Below, piece by piece: positions 9,628 to 20,220 of a DNA stretch of 64,000 nucleotides (its first letter is position 1; each line of letters opens with the position of its first letter). The notes under the pieces were generated by a model. That model was not told the origin of the DNA. It was given only the letters and a program-made list of their open reading frames with translations, and did no database searches. The translations under genes and the position numbers were made by a program. This DNA comes from Gammaproteobacteria bacterium (lineage in GTDB: Bacteria; Pseudomonadota; Gammaproteobacteria; JAJPIJ01), in the NCBI GenBank assembly GCA_046347035.1, contig JAXMGY010000004.1:16262-80261 (forward strand), written 5' to 3'.

Positions 9628-11314
9628 TTGGGGGAATTTATGACTCAGAAGCCTAAAGGACCCGCGGCCGGTACTGCGGGAGCCGGTTCTGTCGACGGTG
9701 AGCCATCCGAGTACGGGTGGATCGAAGAGAAAATGGGAGAATTACACCGAACTATCGGCTGGAAGGATGCATTCTGGGTAGCCAGCGGTGTACCTGCGTT
9801 GGTGCTGTTTTCAATCGGCGGTATCGCGGCCACGGTCGGGAAGCCGTCATGGGTGTGCTGGATGTTGTCGGTGATCTTCGGATTCTTTCAGGCATTTGTG
9901 TACGCCGAAATCGCCGGACTTTTCCCAGGCAAATCAGGCGGTGCGTCAATATATGGCGCTGCTGCTTGGGTACGTTACAGCAAGGTGATCGCGCCACTTT
10001 CCGTGTGGTCAAACTGGCTGGCGTGGACACCCGTGCTAACCATCGGCAGTGGCATCGCTGCGGGCTACATTCTGACCGCACTGTTCCCGGCAACCGCCAC
10101 CGTCAATACCTGGGAACTGACGCTGCTCGATCTAGGTTCGCTGAAAGAAGGGCTGCACATTCGTATCAACGCCACATCCATCGTTGCCGCCTTGCTTCTG
10201 CTTTGTACGTTTGCGATGCAACATCATGGCATTCTGCGCACCGCAAAGATTCAGACCTTGCTTGGCGTAGCCGCATTGACGCCGTTGCTGCTGGTCGGAC
10301 TCGTACCCCTCATCACTGGGGACATGCCTAAGCAGAATTTCACGCCGTTTGTACCGATTGCTTTCGACAAAGATGGCAAAGCAATCGACGGCGCCTGGGA
10401 TCTGGCGGGCTGGACACTATTTATCGGCGGCATCTACATTGCCTCGTGGTCATCATACGCATTCGAAACCGCTGTTTGTTACACACGCGAATTTCGCGAT
10501 CCGAAGACCGATACTTACAAAGCCATTCTATGGTCGGGCATTCTTTGCGTTGCCACTTATACGCTGATCCCGCTGTCGTTTCAGGGCTCACTCGGTGTAT
10601 CCGGCATGCTCGAACCAGGCATCGTCGACGGATCCGGAGTTGCTGCAGCGATGTCAAACATGGTCGGTGGCGGTTCGTTCTTCAAGGGACTGCTGGTAGT
10701 CATGTTGATCCTTTCGTTGCTGCTTGGAGTGATGACGTCGATGGCTGGATCCTCGCGAACTCTCTACCAAGGATCGGTTGACGGCTGGCTGCCCAAGTAC
10801 CTTTCACACGTAAACGAACACGGCGCGCCAACGCGGGCGATGTGGACGGATCTCAGCTTCAATCTCCTTTTGCTGATGATGTCTGACTATCTGTTCGTTT
10901 TGGCAGTGTCGAATATCTGCTATCTGGTGTTTATCTATCTGAATTTGCACGCCGGATGGATCCATCGTCTCGATAACGCTCACATAGAAGCGCCCCTACA
11001 AGTGTCCGACCGTCATCATGGCGATTGGCATCGTACTGGCGTTTGTAAACGCCGTAATGCTGGGCGGTGGCGCGAATGTGTGGGGTGCAGGCACGCTGAC
11101 CACCGGTGTCGTCGCACTTGCATTGATTCTTCCGGTGTTCTGGTACAGGCACTACATCACCGACGGGGGACAATTTCCGAAAGCGATGCTCGAGGACTTG
11201 CACGTGGCGCCTGGACAGATGAGTGCCAAGCGTGCCGGTGTATTACCGTACCTGACGTTGGCTGCGGGTATTGCCATTGTCTTTATCACCAACCACATCT
11301 TCCACGGTGGTTGA
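9628..11314 (+). pseudogene. APC-superfamily amine/amino-acid permease with a single frameshift near 10988
   Basis: ORF 9628..11364 is an APC-type permease for about 450 aa and then turns into non-membrane-like sequence. The genuine hydrophobic C-terminus continues in the +1 frame (ORF 11018..11314). Hand translation shows ...NAHIE | KRPYKCPTVIMAIGIVLA joined by a 1-nt indel. Confidence 0.7.
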
Positions 11315-11387
11315 AACCAGCTCACCCCGTGGCCGACAACGGCCGCGGGGTTACTCGTAAATAGACTCGCGATTACGTGATGCGAAT

Positions 11388-12089
11388 TTACGGCGCCTCG
11401 CCAGGGCCGTAGATGATGATGTCAATGAATTTTGCCGAACCGTCAAATAGGCGGACCGGTCCATGCGGAACTTCGCCGCTGAAGGTCATCGCATCACCGG
11501 GTTCAAGCGTATAAACACGTTCTCCGTGACGGTACTGCATTCTGCCTTCCAGCAGATACATGAACTCCGTTCCCGGATGTTCGAACTCCGGATAAATCTT
11601 ACTTTCGCGATCCATTGTAATAAGGAACGGTTCAAAGTGTTTGTCCGGTCCCTGATGATATGCCAACAGTTTGTAGGTATAGCCGCGCTTTGTACCGCTG
11701 CGTACAACCTCCATACCCTTACCACGCTTGATGACCTGCGCAAATCCGCTGGTCTCCTCAATTTCGCGAAACATTGACGAAACCGTTACTCCTAGCGCCT
11801 TTCCCAACCGCATAAGGTTTTCCAGTGTTGCTCCTGCTGCACCAGTTTCAATGCGGCTCAACATCGCTGGGCTAATCCCGGCACCATTGGCTAGTTCCGC
11901 CAATGTAAGGCCACCTCGTTTACGATGAGTGCGGATCACAGCTCCAATGCGCTTTTCTGCATTCGACAGGTCTAACGGTGCGAGATCAACCCTCGGCGTC
12001 GTCATTGCTTCCACTTGCTGCGAACGCCTGGGCGATAACGTGCTTGGTCGCTTCGCTTTCGACTTGCTTTTGGCCTGTTTATGTTTCAT
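11388..12089 (-). CDS. XRE-family HTH plus C-terminal cupin transcriptional regulator (PuuR-like architecture)
   Basis: 233 aa with an HTH segment (LTLAELANGAGISPAMLSRIETG) followed by a cupin fold, the same domain architecture as PuuR-type amine-catabolism repressors. Confidence 0.8.
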   Translation of the reverse strand: MKHKQAKSKSKAKRPSTLSPRRSQQVEAMTTPRVDLAPLDLSNAEKRIGAVIRTHRKRGGLTLAELANGAGISPAMLSRIETGAAGATLENLMRLGKALGVTVSSMFREIEETSGFAQVIKRGKGMEVVRSGTKRGYTYKLLAYHQGPDKHFEPFLITMDRESKIYPEFEHPGTEFMYLLEGRMQYRHGERVYTLEPGDAMTFSGEVPHGPVRLFDGSAKFIDIIIYGPGEAP

Positions 12090-12233
12090 ATCGTGGTGCT
12101 CCCAGCCGTGTCGTCAGACGACAACGTTTCAGCGCTTTCGCTCTTACAACTGTGCTTGCCCATTATGAGTCGAATGGAGATTAATCTGGTACCCAGTTTC
12201 AAATCGCCGCGCTCGCCAACTTGCGCCGCGTCG

Positions 12234-13829
12234 TTACTCCCACTCGATGGTGGCGGGCGGCTTGCCGGAAATATCGTAAACCACGCGTGATACCCCCGGC
12301 ACTTCGTTGATGATTCGGCGTGAAAGATGATCAAGTAGTTCGTAGGGTAGATGCGACCAGTGCGCGGTCATGAAGTCAATGGTTTCCACTGCGCGTAGCG
12401 CGATGACGTGTGCATAGTTGCGCTGGTCACCCGTTACGCCTACGGATTTGACGGGAAGAAAAACAGCGAAGGCCTGACTGGTCTTCTCGTACAGACCCGC
12501 CTTGCGCAGTTCGTCAATGAAAATCGCGTCAGCCTTGCGCAGCGTATCCGCGTATTCCTTTTTCACCTCGCCCAGAATGCGCACACCCAATCCAGGCCCC
12601 GGGAAAGGATGGCGATAAACCATTTCATATGGCAGACCAAGTTCAAGGCCGAGCTTGCGCACTTCGTCCTTGAATAGCTCGCGCAATGGTTCGACCAGTT
12701 GCATACGCATCTGTGCCGGCAATCCACCGACGTTGTGATGCGATTTGATCACATGCGCCTTGCCCGTCTTGCTGCCGGCCGATTCGATAACATCAGGATA
12801 GATGGTGCCTTGCGCAAGAAACTTCACGTCCGAAAGCTTGGCTGCTTCTTCCTCGAACACATCAATGAAAAGGTTGCCAATGATCTTGCGCTTGGCCTCC
12901 GGATCCTCGACGCCGCGTAGCTTATCGAGGAATCGCTGCTCGGCGTTAACGCGGATAACGCGCACACCCATATGCTGCGCAAACGTGTTCATCACCTGAT
13001 CGCCTTCATGTAGTCGCAGCAATCCAGTATCGACGAACACACAGGTCAATTGATCACCGATTGCCTTGTGCAACAGCGCGGCCACCACCGACGAATCCAC
13101 GCCGCCGGACAAACCCAGCAATACTTTGCCGTCGCCAACCTGCCTGCGCACGCGTGCAATGCTGTCCTCGATGATGTTAGCCATCGTCCAGTTGGCCGCG
13201 CAGCCACAAACTTCGTGGATGAACCGCGACAGGATGCGCATGCCCTGACGCGTGTGCGTAACTTCGGGATGAAATTGCAGCGCGTAGTACCTCTTATCCT
13301 CATCGGCCATGCCCGCAATCGGGCAGGTACTCGTGGAGGCAATGGCTTTGAATCCAGGCGGCAATTGCACGACTTGATCACCGTGACTCATCCACACATC
13401 GAGCAAACCATGCCCTTCTTCATTGGTGCGGTCTTCGATGTCCTTCAGCAAACGGGAATGACCGCGCGCACGGACTTCGGCGTAACCAAACTCCTTCTTC
13501 TCTGCGGCATGCACACGGCCACCGAGTTGTTCAGCCATGGTTTGCATGCCGTAGCAGATGCCTAGCAGCGGCACGTTGAGATCAAACACGACCTGCGACG
13601 CCTTGACGTTGGTTGCCACCATCACCGATTCCGGACCACCGGACAGAATAATGCCGCGCGGATTGAATACACGAATGGCTGCTTCATCCATGTCAAATGG
13701 ATGAAGCTCACAGTAGACGCCCGCTTCGCGCACACGACGAGCGATGAGCTGCGTGTACTGTGAACCGAAGTCGAGAATGAGAATGCGTTCGGCGTGGATG
13801 TCAGTCATGGATAGTCGCGAGGTACGCAA
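12234..13829 (-). CDS. guaA: GMP synthase (glutamine-hydrolysing)
   Basis: 531 aa with an N-terminal class-I GATase and C-terminal ATP-pyrophosphatase (SGGVDSSV) and dimerisation domains. Confidence 0.95.
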   Translation of the reverse strand: MRTSRLSMTDIHAERILILDFGSQYTQLIARRVREAGVYCELHPFDMDEAAIRVFNPRGIILSGGPESVMVATNVKASQVVFDLNVPLLGICYGMQTMAEQLGGRVHAAEKKEFGYAEVRARGHSRLLKDIEDRTNEEGHGLLDVWMSHGDQVVQLPPGFKAIASTSTCPIAGMADEDKRYYALQFHPEVTHTRQGMRILSRFIHEVCGCAANWTMANIIEDSIARVRRQVGDGKVLLGLSGGVDSSVVAALLHKAIGDQLTCVFVDTGLLRLHEGDQVMNTFAQHMGVRVIRVNAEQRFLDKLRGVEDPEAKRKIIGNLFIDVFEEEAAKLSDVKFLAQGTIYPDVIESAGSKTGKAHVIKSHHNVGGLPAQMRMQLVEPLRELFKDEVRKLGLELGLPYEMVYRHPFPGPGLGVRILGEVKKEYADTLRKADAIFIDELRKAGLYEKTSQAFAVFLPVKSVGVTGDQRNYAHVIALRAVETIDFMTAHWSHLPYELLDHLSRRIINEVPGVSRVVYDISGKPPATIEWE

Positions 13830-13869
13830 TAGTAATTGTCATTTCTCGCTGCGCTCGAAATGACAGACG

Positions 13870-15333
13870 CTACTCCATGCGGTAGTTAGGCGCTTCCTTG
13901 GTAATCTGCACATCGTGCACGTGCGATTCGCGCATGCCGGCCAGTGACACGCGTACAAATTCCGGACGGGTGCGGAATTCTTCCATGTTGGCGCAGCCCG
14001 TGTAGCCCATGGCGGCGCGAATGCCACCCACCATTTGATGCACAATCGCTGTCATTGGCCCCTTGTAAGGCACGCGGCCTTCAATGCCTTCCGGCACCAG
14101 CTTCTCGATTTCACCGGCTTCCTGGAAGTAACGATCGGCCGAACCGTGCTGCTGTGTCATCGCACCTATCGAGCCCATGCCGCGATATTGCTTGTAAGTG
14201 CGGCCTTGATATAACTCGGTTTCGCCGGGTGCTTCTTCCGTGCCGGCGAACAATCCGCCAATCATCACCGCGTAGGCGCCCGCCACAAGCGCCTTGGCGA
14301 TATCGCCTGAGTAGCGAATGCCGCCATCAGCAATCAGCGGAACGTTTGATCCTTTCAATGCTTTGGCAACTGTGGCGACAGCGGTGATCTGCGGCACACC
14401 CACACCAGTGACGATACGTGTGGTGCAAATCGAACCCGGCCCGATGCCAACTTTCACGGCATCGGCGCCCGCTTGCACCAATGCCTTCGCGGCCTCAGCC
14501 GTTGCAATGTTGCCACCGATCACCTGTGTGTCGGGATATTTTTTCTTGACCCAACCGACAACGTCCAGCACGCCTTGCGAATGTCCGTGCGCGGTATCGA
14601 CGACGATGACATCAACGCCGGACTTCACCAGCATGTCCACACGCTCGTGCGTGCCCTTACCGGTGCCCACCGCAGCACCAACACGCAGACGCTCCTGATC
14701 ATCCTTGCAGGCATTCGGATATTCTTTTGCCTTTTGAATATCCTTGACCGTGATGAGGCCGCGCAGCTGAAACTGGTCGTTGACCACCAGCACTTTTTCG
14801 ATGCGATGCTTATGCAGCAGTGAGGTCACCTCTTCGCGACTGGCGCCCTCCTTCACCGTCACCAGCTTGTCCTTGGGCGTCATGATGCTAGAAACCGGCT
14901 CACCGTAGTGAGTTTCAAAGCGCAGATCGCGCCCGGTGACAATGCCGACAAGATTTTCGCCATCGACCACCGGCACACCGGAGATCTTGCGCGCATGTGT
15001 CAGTTCCAGTACTTCGCCAATGCTCATGCTCGGCGGCACGCTGATTGGATTCTGGATGATGCCGCTTTCGTATTTCTTTACGCGGCGAACTTCGCGTGCC
15101 TGATCCTCGGCACTCAAATTCTTATGAATAATGCCAATGCCACCTTCCTGCGAAAGGGCAATGGCCAGCCGCGACTCGGTCACTGTATCCATGGCGGCTG
15201 ACACCAGTGGAATACTCAGGCGAATGTTGCGCGTCAGTTGCGTGCCGAGACTGACCTCGCGCGGCAACACCTTGGAATAGGCTGGCAGCAACAGAACATC
15301 GTCAAAGGTTAAAGCTTCACCGGCCAAGCGCAT
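13870..15333 (-). CDS. guaB: IMP dehydrogenase
   Basis: 487-aa TIM-barrel protein with a CBS pair and the catalytic loop [11 protein letters not shown]. Classic guaB-guaA arrangement. Confidence 0.95.
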   Translation of the reverse strand: MRLAGEALTFDDVLLLPAYSKVLPREVSLGTQLTRNIRLSIPLVSAAMDTVTESRLAIALSQEGGIGIIHKNLSAEDQAREVRRVKKYESGIIQNPISVPPSMSIGEVLELTHARKISGVPVVDGENLVGIVTGRDLRFETHYGEPVSSIMTPKDKLVTVKEGASREEVTSLLHKHRIEKVLVVNDQFQLRGLITVKDIQKAKEYPNACKDDQERLRVGAAVGTGKGTHERVDMLVKSGVDVIVVDTAHGHSQGVLDVVGWVKKKYPDTQVIGGNIATAEAAKALVQAGADAVKVGIGPGSICTTRIVTGVGVPQITAVATVAKALKGSNVPLIADGGIRYSGDIAKALVAGAYAVMIGGLFAGTEEAPGETELYQGRTYKQYRGMGSIGAMTQQHGSADRYFQEAGEIEKLVPEGIEGRVPYKGPMTAIVHQMVGGIRAAMGYTGCANMEEFRTRPEFVRVSLAGMRESHVHDVQITKEAPNYRME

Positions 15334-15457
15334 GGCAGTCTTTCGTTCTCGCTACGGAGGGGCGTCAATTATATAGAACCCATCTCAATATTCCACGCGC
15401 CTTGGGTATGCGGCCTACGGGGCGAAGTTCGGGCCAAATTGCCGTATTATCAAGCCG

Positions 15458-16837
15458 ATGGCTAAACCCACCTCGCAACTTCCCATGGATCTCGCACCCC
15501 AGCGCGATGTCTACACCGTGTCACGGCTGAATCGCGAGGCGCGCGCCATGCTCGAAGGGCGTTTTCAGTCGCTGTGGCTGGAGGGCGAGGTATCGAATTT
15601 TGCCCGGCCCGCCTCAGGCCACTGGTACTTTAGCTTGAAGGACGCGCAGGCGCAGGTGCGCTGCGCGATGTTCCGGCAGAACAATATGCGGCTGAAATTC
15701 CTGCCCGAGGATGGCATGCACGTGCTGGTGCGCGCGCGGGTGAGCCTGTATGAAGGTCGCGGGGAATTTCAGCTCATCGTCGAGCATGCTGAGCCGGCGG
15801 GCGAAGGCCTGCTGCGGCTACAGTTCGAACAGCTCAAACTCAAGCTCGCCGCCGAAGGGCTATTTGCCGACAGCGCAAAAAAGCCGCTGCCATCTTTTCC
15901 TGAAACCGTCGGCGTCATCACCTCGCCAACGGGCGCCGCCATCCGCGATATTCTGAGCGTGCTGCGCCGGCGCGCGCCGCATATCGAAGTCATCATTTAT
16001 CCCGTTCCCGTGCAGGGGTCGACCGCCGCGCCACAAATTGCGGCGATGATCGCCACGGCCGATGATAGAGACGAGTGCGATGTGCTTCTGCTCGCGCGCG
16101 GCGGCGGATCGCTGGAGGATCTGTGGCCATTCAACGAAGAAGTGGTCGCACGTGCAATTTACGCCTGCCGCACGCCCATTGTCAGCGGCGTCGGTCATGA
16201 AATCGATTTCACTATTACCGATTTTGTCGCCGACATGCGCGCACCCACACCATCGGCGGCGGCGGAATTGATTAGTCCCGATCGCCGCGAACTATTGGCG
16301 CTTTTGCGAACGTTTGACTCGCGCATGAGCAAGCAAATCCGGGATGCGCTCACACAACAACGGCAACGGCTTGCGTGGTTGACGCGGCGCATGGTGCATC
16401 CGGGCCGACGCCTGCAGGAATTGGCGCAGCGGCTGGACGATGTGTCGGCGCGGCTTGCCAGTTCATTATCCGCGCAACTACAGCGGCGAGCGGTAAAAGT
16501 TGCACAGATTAGTGCGCGATTGCACGCGCAAAGTCCAGCACAACGGTTGCGCTTATTGCGCGAACAACTCTCGACCTTGCGACTACGGTTGGCGCAATCG
16601 ATCGGCAACGGTCTGAAGAATTGTGCCGTTCGACTGTCTCCACTCGGGCGCGCACTGCACGCGGTGAGTCCGCTGGCCACGCTCGATCGCGGTTACGCCA
16701 TTGTCAGCACGACGGAGGCGAAGATCCTGCGCGATGCGAAGCAGGTTCGCCGCGGGGACAAGATCATCGCGCGCCTCGCGCGCGGCAAATTGAACTGCGC
16801 TGTCGAAAGCATTGATATTGACGTGGAACTCAAATGA
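15458..16837 (+). CDS. xseA: exodeoxyribonuclease VII large subunit
   Basis: 459 aa with an OB-fold N-terminus, catalytic core and C-terminal coiled-coil. It is divergent from guaB, as in many proteobacteria. Confidence 0.9.
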   Translation: MAKPTSQLPMDLAPQRDVYTVSRLNREARAMLEGRFQSLWLEGEVSNFARPASGHWYFSLKDAQAQVRCAMFRQNNMRLKFLPEDGMHVLVRARVSLYEGRGEFQLIVEHAEPAGEGLLRLQFEQLKLKLAAEGLFADSAKKPLPSFPETVGVITSPTGAAIRDILSVLRRRAPHIEVIIYPVPVQGSTAAPQIAAMIATADDRDECDVLLLARGGGSLEDLWPFNEEVVARAIYACRTPIVSGVGHEIDFTITDFVADMRAPTPSAAAELISPDRRELLALLRTFDSRMSKQIRDALTQQRQRLAWLTRRMVHPGRRLQELAQRLDDVSARLASSLSAQLQRRAVKVAQISARLHAQSPAQRLRLLREQLSTLRLRLAQSIGNGLKNCAVRLSPLGRALHAVSPLATLDRGYAIVSTTEAKILRDAKQVRRGDKIIARLARGKLNCAVESIDIDVELK

Positions 16838-17688
16838 CAGTGAAAAAAAATATTCAATGTCTTTGCACCACACTTGCCGCGGCGCTCGGAATAATGTCCG
16901 CTGGTATCAGCGCTGCTGAGGATTTCCCCACTGGTGCGAATGTGCCCGGTGGATTTGTCGTCGTGCCCATCGACAGGCATGGACCGGAGCGACCGCGCGT
17001 CACCTACAACGGAAGACAAGTGATGGTGCTATCGAATGGCAATCGCTATGCCGCCGTAGTTGGTATAGCGTTAAATACGCGGCCTGGTCCGCAGCAAGTC
17101 GTGGTCGACGGCGACGCGCGGCACTACGGCTTTCGCATCGTCGACAAGAAATACGAAGAACAACATCTCACCATTACCGACAAACGCAAGGTAAATCCTA
17201 ATCCAGAGGACGAAAAACGAATAGCAGCGGACATGAAGCGCATTGGCGCGGCGAAATCGCACTGGAGCGATGGCGATCCGGATTCACTGTGGCTCGACTA
17301 TCCCGTACAAGGCCGCTACAGCAGTCCGTTTGGCTTACGGCGATTTTTCAATGGCCAGGCGCGCAATCCGCATTCTGGTCTAGACATTGCCGTTGATGAA
17401 GGCACGGTGGTGAAAGCCGCCGCGGCTGGAACTGTCATCGATACGGGCGATTATTTTTTTAACGGCAACACGGTATTCGTCGATCATGGACAGGGATTCA
17501 TTACGATGTATTGCCACTTGAAGCGTATCGATGTGCACGTCGGTCAGCAGATTGCGCGCGGCGAAGCCATTGCGCTTTCAGGCATGACCGGCCGCGCCAC
17601 CGGACCACACCTGCACCTGTCCGTCATTCTCAACAACACCATGGTTGATCCGCTGTTATTTCTGCCGCAGGAGAATGCGACTCGGTGA
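16834..17688 (+). CDS. M23-family metallopeptidase (signal peptide)
   Basis: 284 aa with an N-terminal signal peptide and the M23 motifs HSGLDIA and GPHLHLSV. Confidence 0.8.
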   Translation: MTVKKNIQCLCTTLAAALGIMSAGISAAEDFPTGANVPGGFVVVPIDRHGPERPRVTYNGRQVMVLSNGNRYAAVVGIALNTRPGPQQVVVDGDARHYGFRIVDKKYEEQHLTITDKRKVNPNPEDEKRIAADMKRIGAAKSHWSDGDPDSLWLDYPVQGRYSSPFGLRRFFNGQARNPHSGLDIAVDEGTVVKAAAAGTVIDTGDYFFNGNTVFVDHGQGFITMYCHLKRIDVHVGQQIARGEAIALSGMTGRATGPHLHLSVILNNTMVDPLLFLPQENATR

Positions 17689-17764
17689 ACGATTCAACGC
17701 TATTGCGGAGCAGTCCGGCGGACTTTGAGTTCATTCTCTCCACTAACTATCTTTGCGACTAAAT

Positions 17765-18706
17765 TCAATCGATCAACTGGCCCGCCTGTAGATCGGCGTG
17801 ATAAGAAGAGCGCACCATCGGCGCACTGGCAACGTTGGCGAAACCAATGCTGCGCGCGAACTCGCCAAGCTCGGTAAATTCCGTCGGATGCACAAAACGA
17901 ACAACCGGCAAGTGTGCCCTGCTCGGCTGCAGGTATTGGCCCAACGTCAACATATCGCAGTCATGCGCCCGCAGATCGCGTAGAACTTCCTTTACCTCTT
18001 CGATCTCCTCACCCAAGCCCAGCATTAATCCGGATTTGGTCGGCACAGCGGGATGAGCGGCCTTGAAGCGTTGAATCAAATCCAGCGACCAGTTGTAGTC
18101 CGCACCCGGACGCGCCTGCTTGTAAAGTCGTGGCACCGTTTCCAGATTATGATTGAACACATCCGGTGGTGATGCCCCTAACGCACTCAATGCTCGATCC
18201 ATGCGACCGCGAAAATCAGGCGTGAGAATTTCAATTCGAATACCGGGATTGCTGTTACGTACTGCTGTCACGCAGGCGGCAAAATGCGCCGCGCCGCCAT
18301 CGGCCAAGTCATCGCGATCCACGGAAGTAATGACTACGTAACGCAGTCCCATCTTGGCAATGGTTGCCGCCAGACGTTGCGGTTCCTCGCCATCAAGAGG
18401 CAATGGTCGGCCATGCGCCACATCGCAGAATGGACAACGCCGCGTGCAGATCTCACCCATGATCATGAAAGTGGCCGTGCCCTTGGCGAAACATTCACCC
18501 AAATTCGGACACGCGGCTTCCTCACACACCGTGTGCAAACGCTGCTCGCGCAGCAATTGTTTCAAAGCAAGAACCTTGGGATCGGTGGGCGCGCGGGCTC
18601 GGATCCATTCTGGTTTGCGCGACAGTTTGCCGGTGGGCTCGACTTTGATCGGTATGCGAGCGACCTTATCTGCGCCTCGCAAGGGTACGCCCGGCGTCTT
18701 ACTCAT
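17765..18706 (-). CDS. lipA: lipoyl synthase
   Basis: 313 aa with a radical-SAM CxxxCxxC motif plus the auxiliary cluster cysteines [12 protein letters not shown]. Confidence 0.95.
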   Translation of the reverse strand: MSKTPGVPLRGADKVARIPIKVEPTGKLSRKPEWIRARAPTDPKVLALKQLLREQRLHTVCEEAACPNLGECFAKGTATFMIMGEICTRRCPFCDVAHGRPLPLDGEEPQRLAATIAKMGLRYVVITSVDRDDLADGGAAHFAACVTAVRNSNPGIRIEILTPDFRGRMDRALSALGASPPDVFNHNLETVPRLYKQARPGADYNWSLDLIQRFKAAHPAVPTKSGLMLGLGEEIEEVKEVLRDLRAHDCDMLTLGQYLQPSRAHLPVVRFVHPTEFTELGEFARSIGFANVASAPMVRSSYHADLQAGQLID

Positions 18707-18749
18707 GGCCTCACCTTCAAAGAATCACGCGACATCGTCTGCACGGCGA

Positions 18750-19406
18750 TCACGTGCCCGTCTTTGTAACGAATGATGCTGGCGCGGATGCAATCGACAG
18801 CGGCAGCTGCCGTTGCAGACCCGCAAGCAACACCTGACCAAACTCGAACGTAGTCATGTCCACGCCAAGCTTGGACAAACTGGTAACCGGCATACCCGCG
18901 TAACCACAGGGATTGATGCGCGCGTACGGCGCCAAATCCACATCAATATTAATTGCCACACCGTGGTAGCAACAGCCACGGCGGATGCGAAATCCCAGCG
19001 CGGCGATCTTGGCGCTATCAACGTAAACGCCGGGCGCCCCTTCGCGCCGGGCGCCTATCAAACTCACGACATTCAATGCGTCGATCACCGCCGCTTCGGT
19101 GGCATGAACCAAGGCCTTCGCACCCATCGACAATCGTTTGAGATCCAGCAATAGGTAGGCCACCAATTGCCCAGGGCCGTGATAAGTGATTTGACCACCG
19201 CGGTCGGACTGCACTACGGGAATATCGCCGGGCGGACCAATAATATGTTCGCGCTTGCCCGCCAATCCCAGGGTGTACACCGGGCGATGCTCCAGCAGCC
19301 AAATTTCATCCACTGTGTCTTCATCGCGCTCATCGGTGAACTCCCGCATTGACTGCCAAGTTTGTTGGTAGTCGCTTAAGCCCAGCCAGCGCACCAGCGC
19401 GGTCAC
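18750..19406 (-). CDS. lipB: octanoyltransferase (lipoate-protein ligase B)
   Basis: 218-aa LipB fold, immediately upstream of lipA. Confidence 0.9.
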   Translation of the reverse strand: MTALVRWLGLSDYQQTWQSMREFTDERDEDTVDEIWLLEHRPVYTLGLAGKREHIIGPPGDIPVVQSDRGGQITYHGPGQLVAYLLLDLKRLSMGAKALVHATEAAVIDALNVVSLIGARREGAPGVYVDSAKIAALGFRIRRGCCYHGVAINIDVDLAPYARINPCGYAGMPVTSLSKLGVDMTTFEFGQVLLAGLQRQLPLSIASAPASFVTKTGT

Positions 19407-19684
19407 AACGCCATCACCACGCGCTTCTCACTGGTGAGATCGCGATAAATGGCATCAAGCTGTTCGCGGCTACGGGCTTCGATGGTGACAGTCACCGACA
19501 TGTAGCGCCCGCCACGACTTTCGCGCGAACGCAGCGCACCCTCACCCAGGTTGTCGACATGGCGACGGACGATCTGCATCACCAAGGCGTCGAAATCCTC
19601 CGCCCAATACCCCATCACCTTGATGGGAAACTCGCAGGGGAACACCATCTGCACAGTTTCCGCGTCTTCGCCAATGATTTTCAT
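19403..19684 (-). CDS. ybeD: YbeD/UPF0250 (DUF493) family protein
   Basis: ORF 19403..19810 trimmed to the internal Met (MKIIGED...FPCEFPIKVMG...). This matches YbeD length and the conserved ybeD-lipB-lipA synteny. The start was chosen by homology. Confidence 0.7.
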   Translation of the reverse strand: MKIIGEDAETVQMVFPCEFPIKVMGYWAEDFDALVMQIVRRHVDNLGEGALRSRESRGGRYMSVTVTIEARSREQLDAIYRDLTSEKRVVMAL

Positions 19685-20220
19685 ATAAGAGGCTGCGCCA
19701 GCGGGTGCGAACAACCCGTCTTGCGGCGGTGCAAAATGAAGCTCGGAATCGTCGAAACCATGGTGCGCATAGTCTTCATTACATCCTATTTTGACGGCGG
19801 CGCAAGCCACATCGTTAAGAGCACCGCAGAAGCGATAATCAGGTAAACAATACCATTCACTTCATGTTATGTTAGGAACCGCACGGATTTCTTTAACCCG
19901 TGCCCGGTTTGCTCGCAACAACCGAGTGCCCGCCACAGCGCGTTGAATGTGGTGTGCAAGTCCAACGAGACCCCGAAAATACAATAAGTTACAAGCGAGC
20001 ACCCGGATTGGCTTGGCACATTTGGCACCGCCGGCAAGGTGGGTCTTTGTGGGTGTGTCGTGCCCGACGGGGACTTTTTAAGGGATTTGCTTTGCCAATC
20101 CGAAGGCGGGAAAGCCTCGGCGAGCCTGCACCAGTCGATTGTGACGCGCGGGTGGAGGCTTAGTCGCCGCGGACAGCGGCAGTCACGGCATGGAATGGTC
20201 AGACAGTAACGGTTAAATGT

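Noticed and set aside
13944-14823. Several plus-strand ORFs (147, 126, 116 aa) inside guaB
   Set aside because: Antisense to a highly conserved gene and Pro/Ala/Arg-rich as expected for GC-rich shadow frames.
19349-19846. 165-aa plus-strand ORF over lipB/ybeD
   Set aside because: Antisense shadow ORF inside well-supported minus-strand genes.
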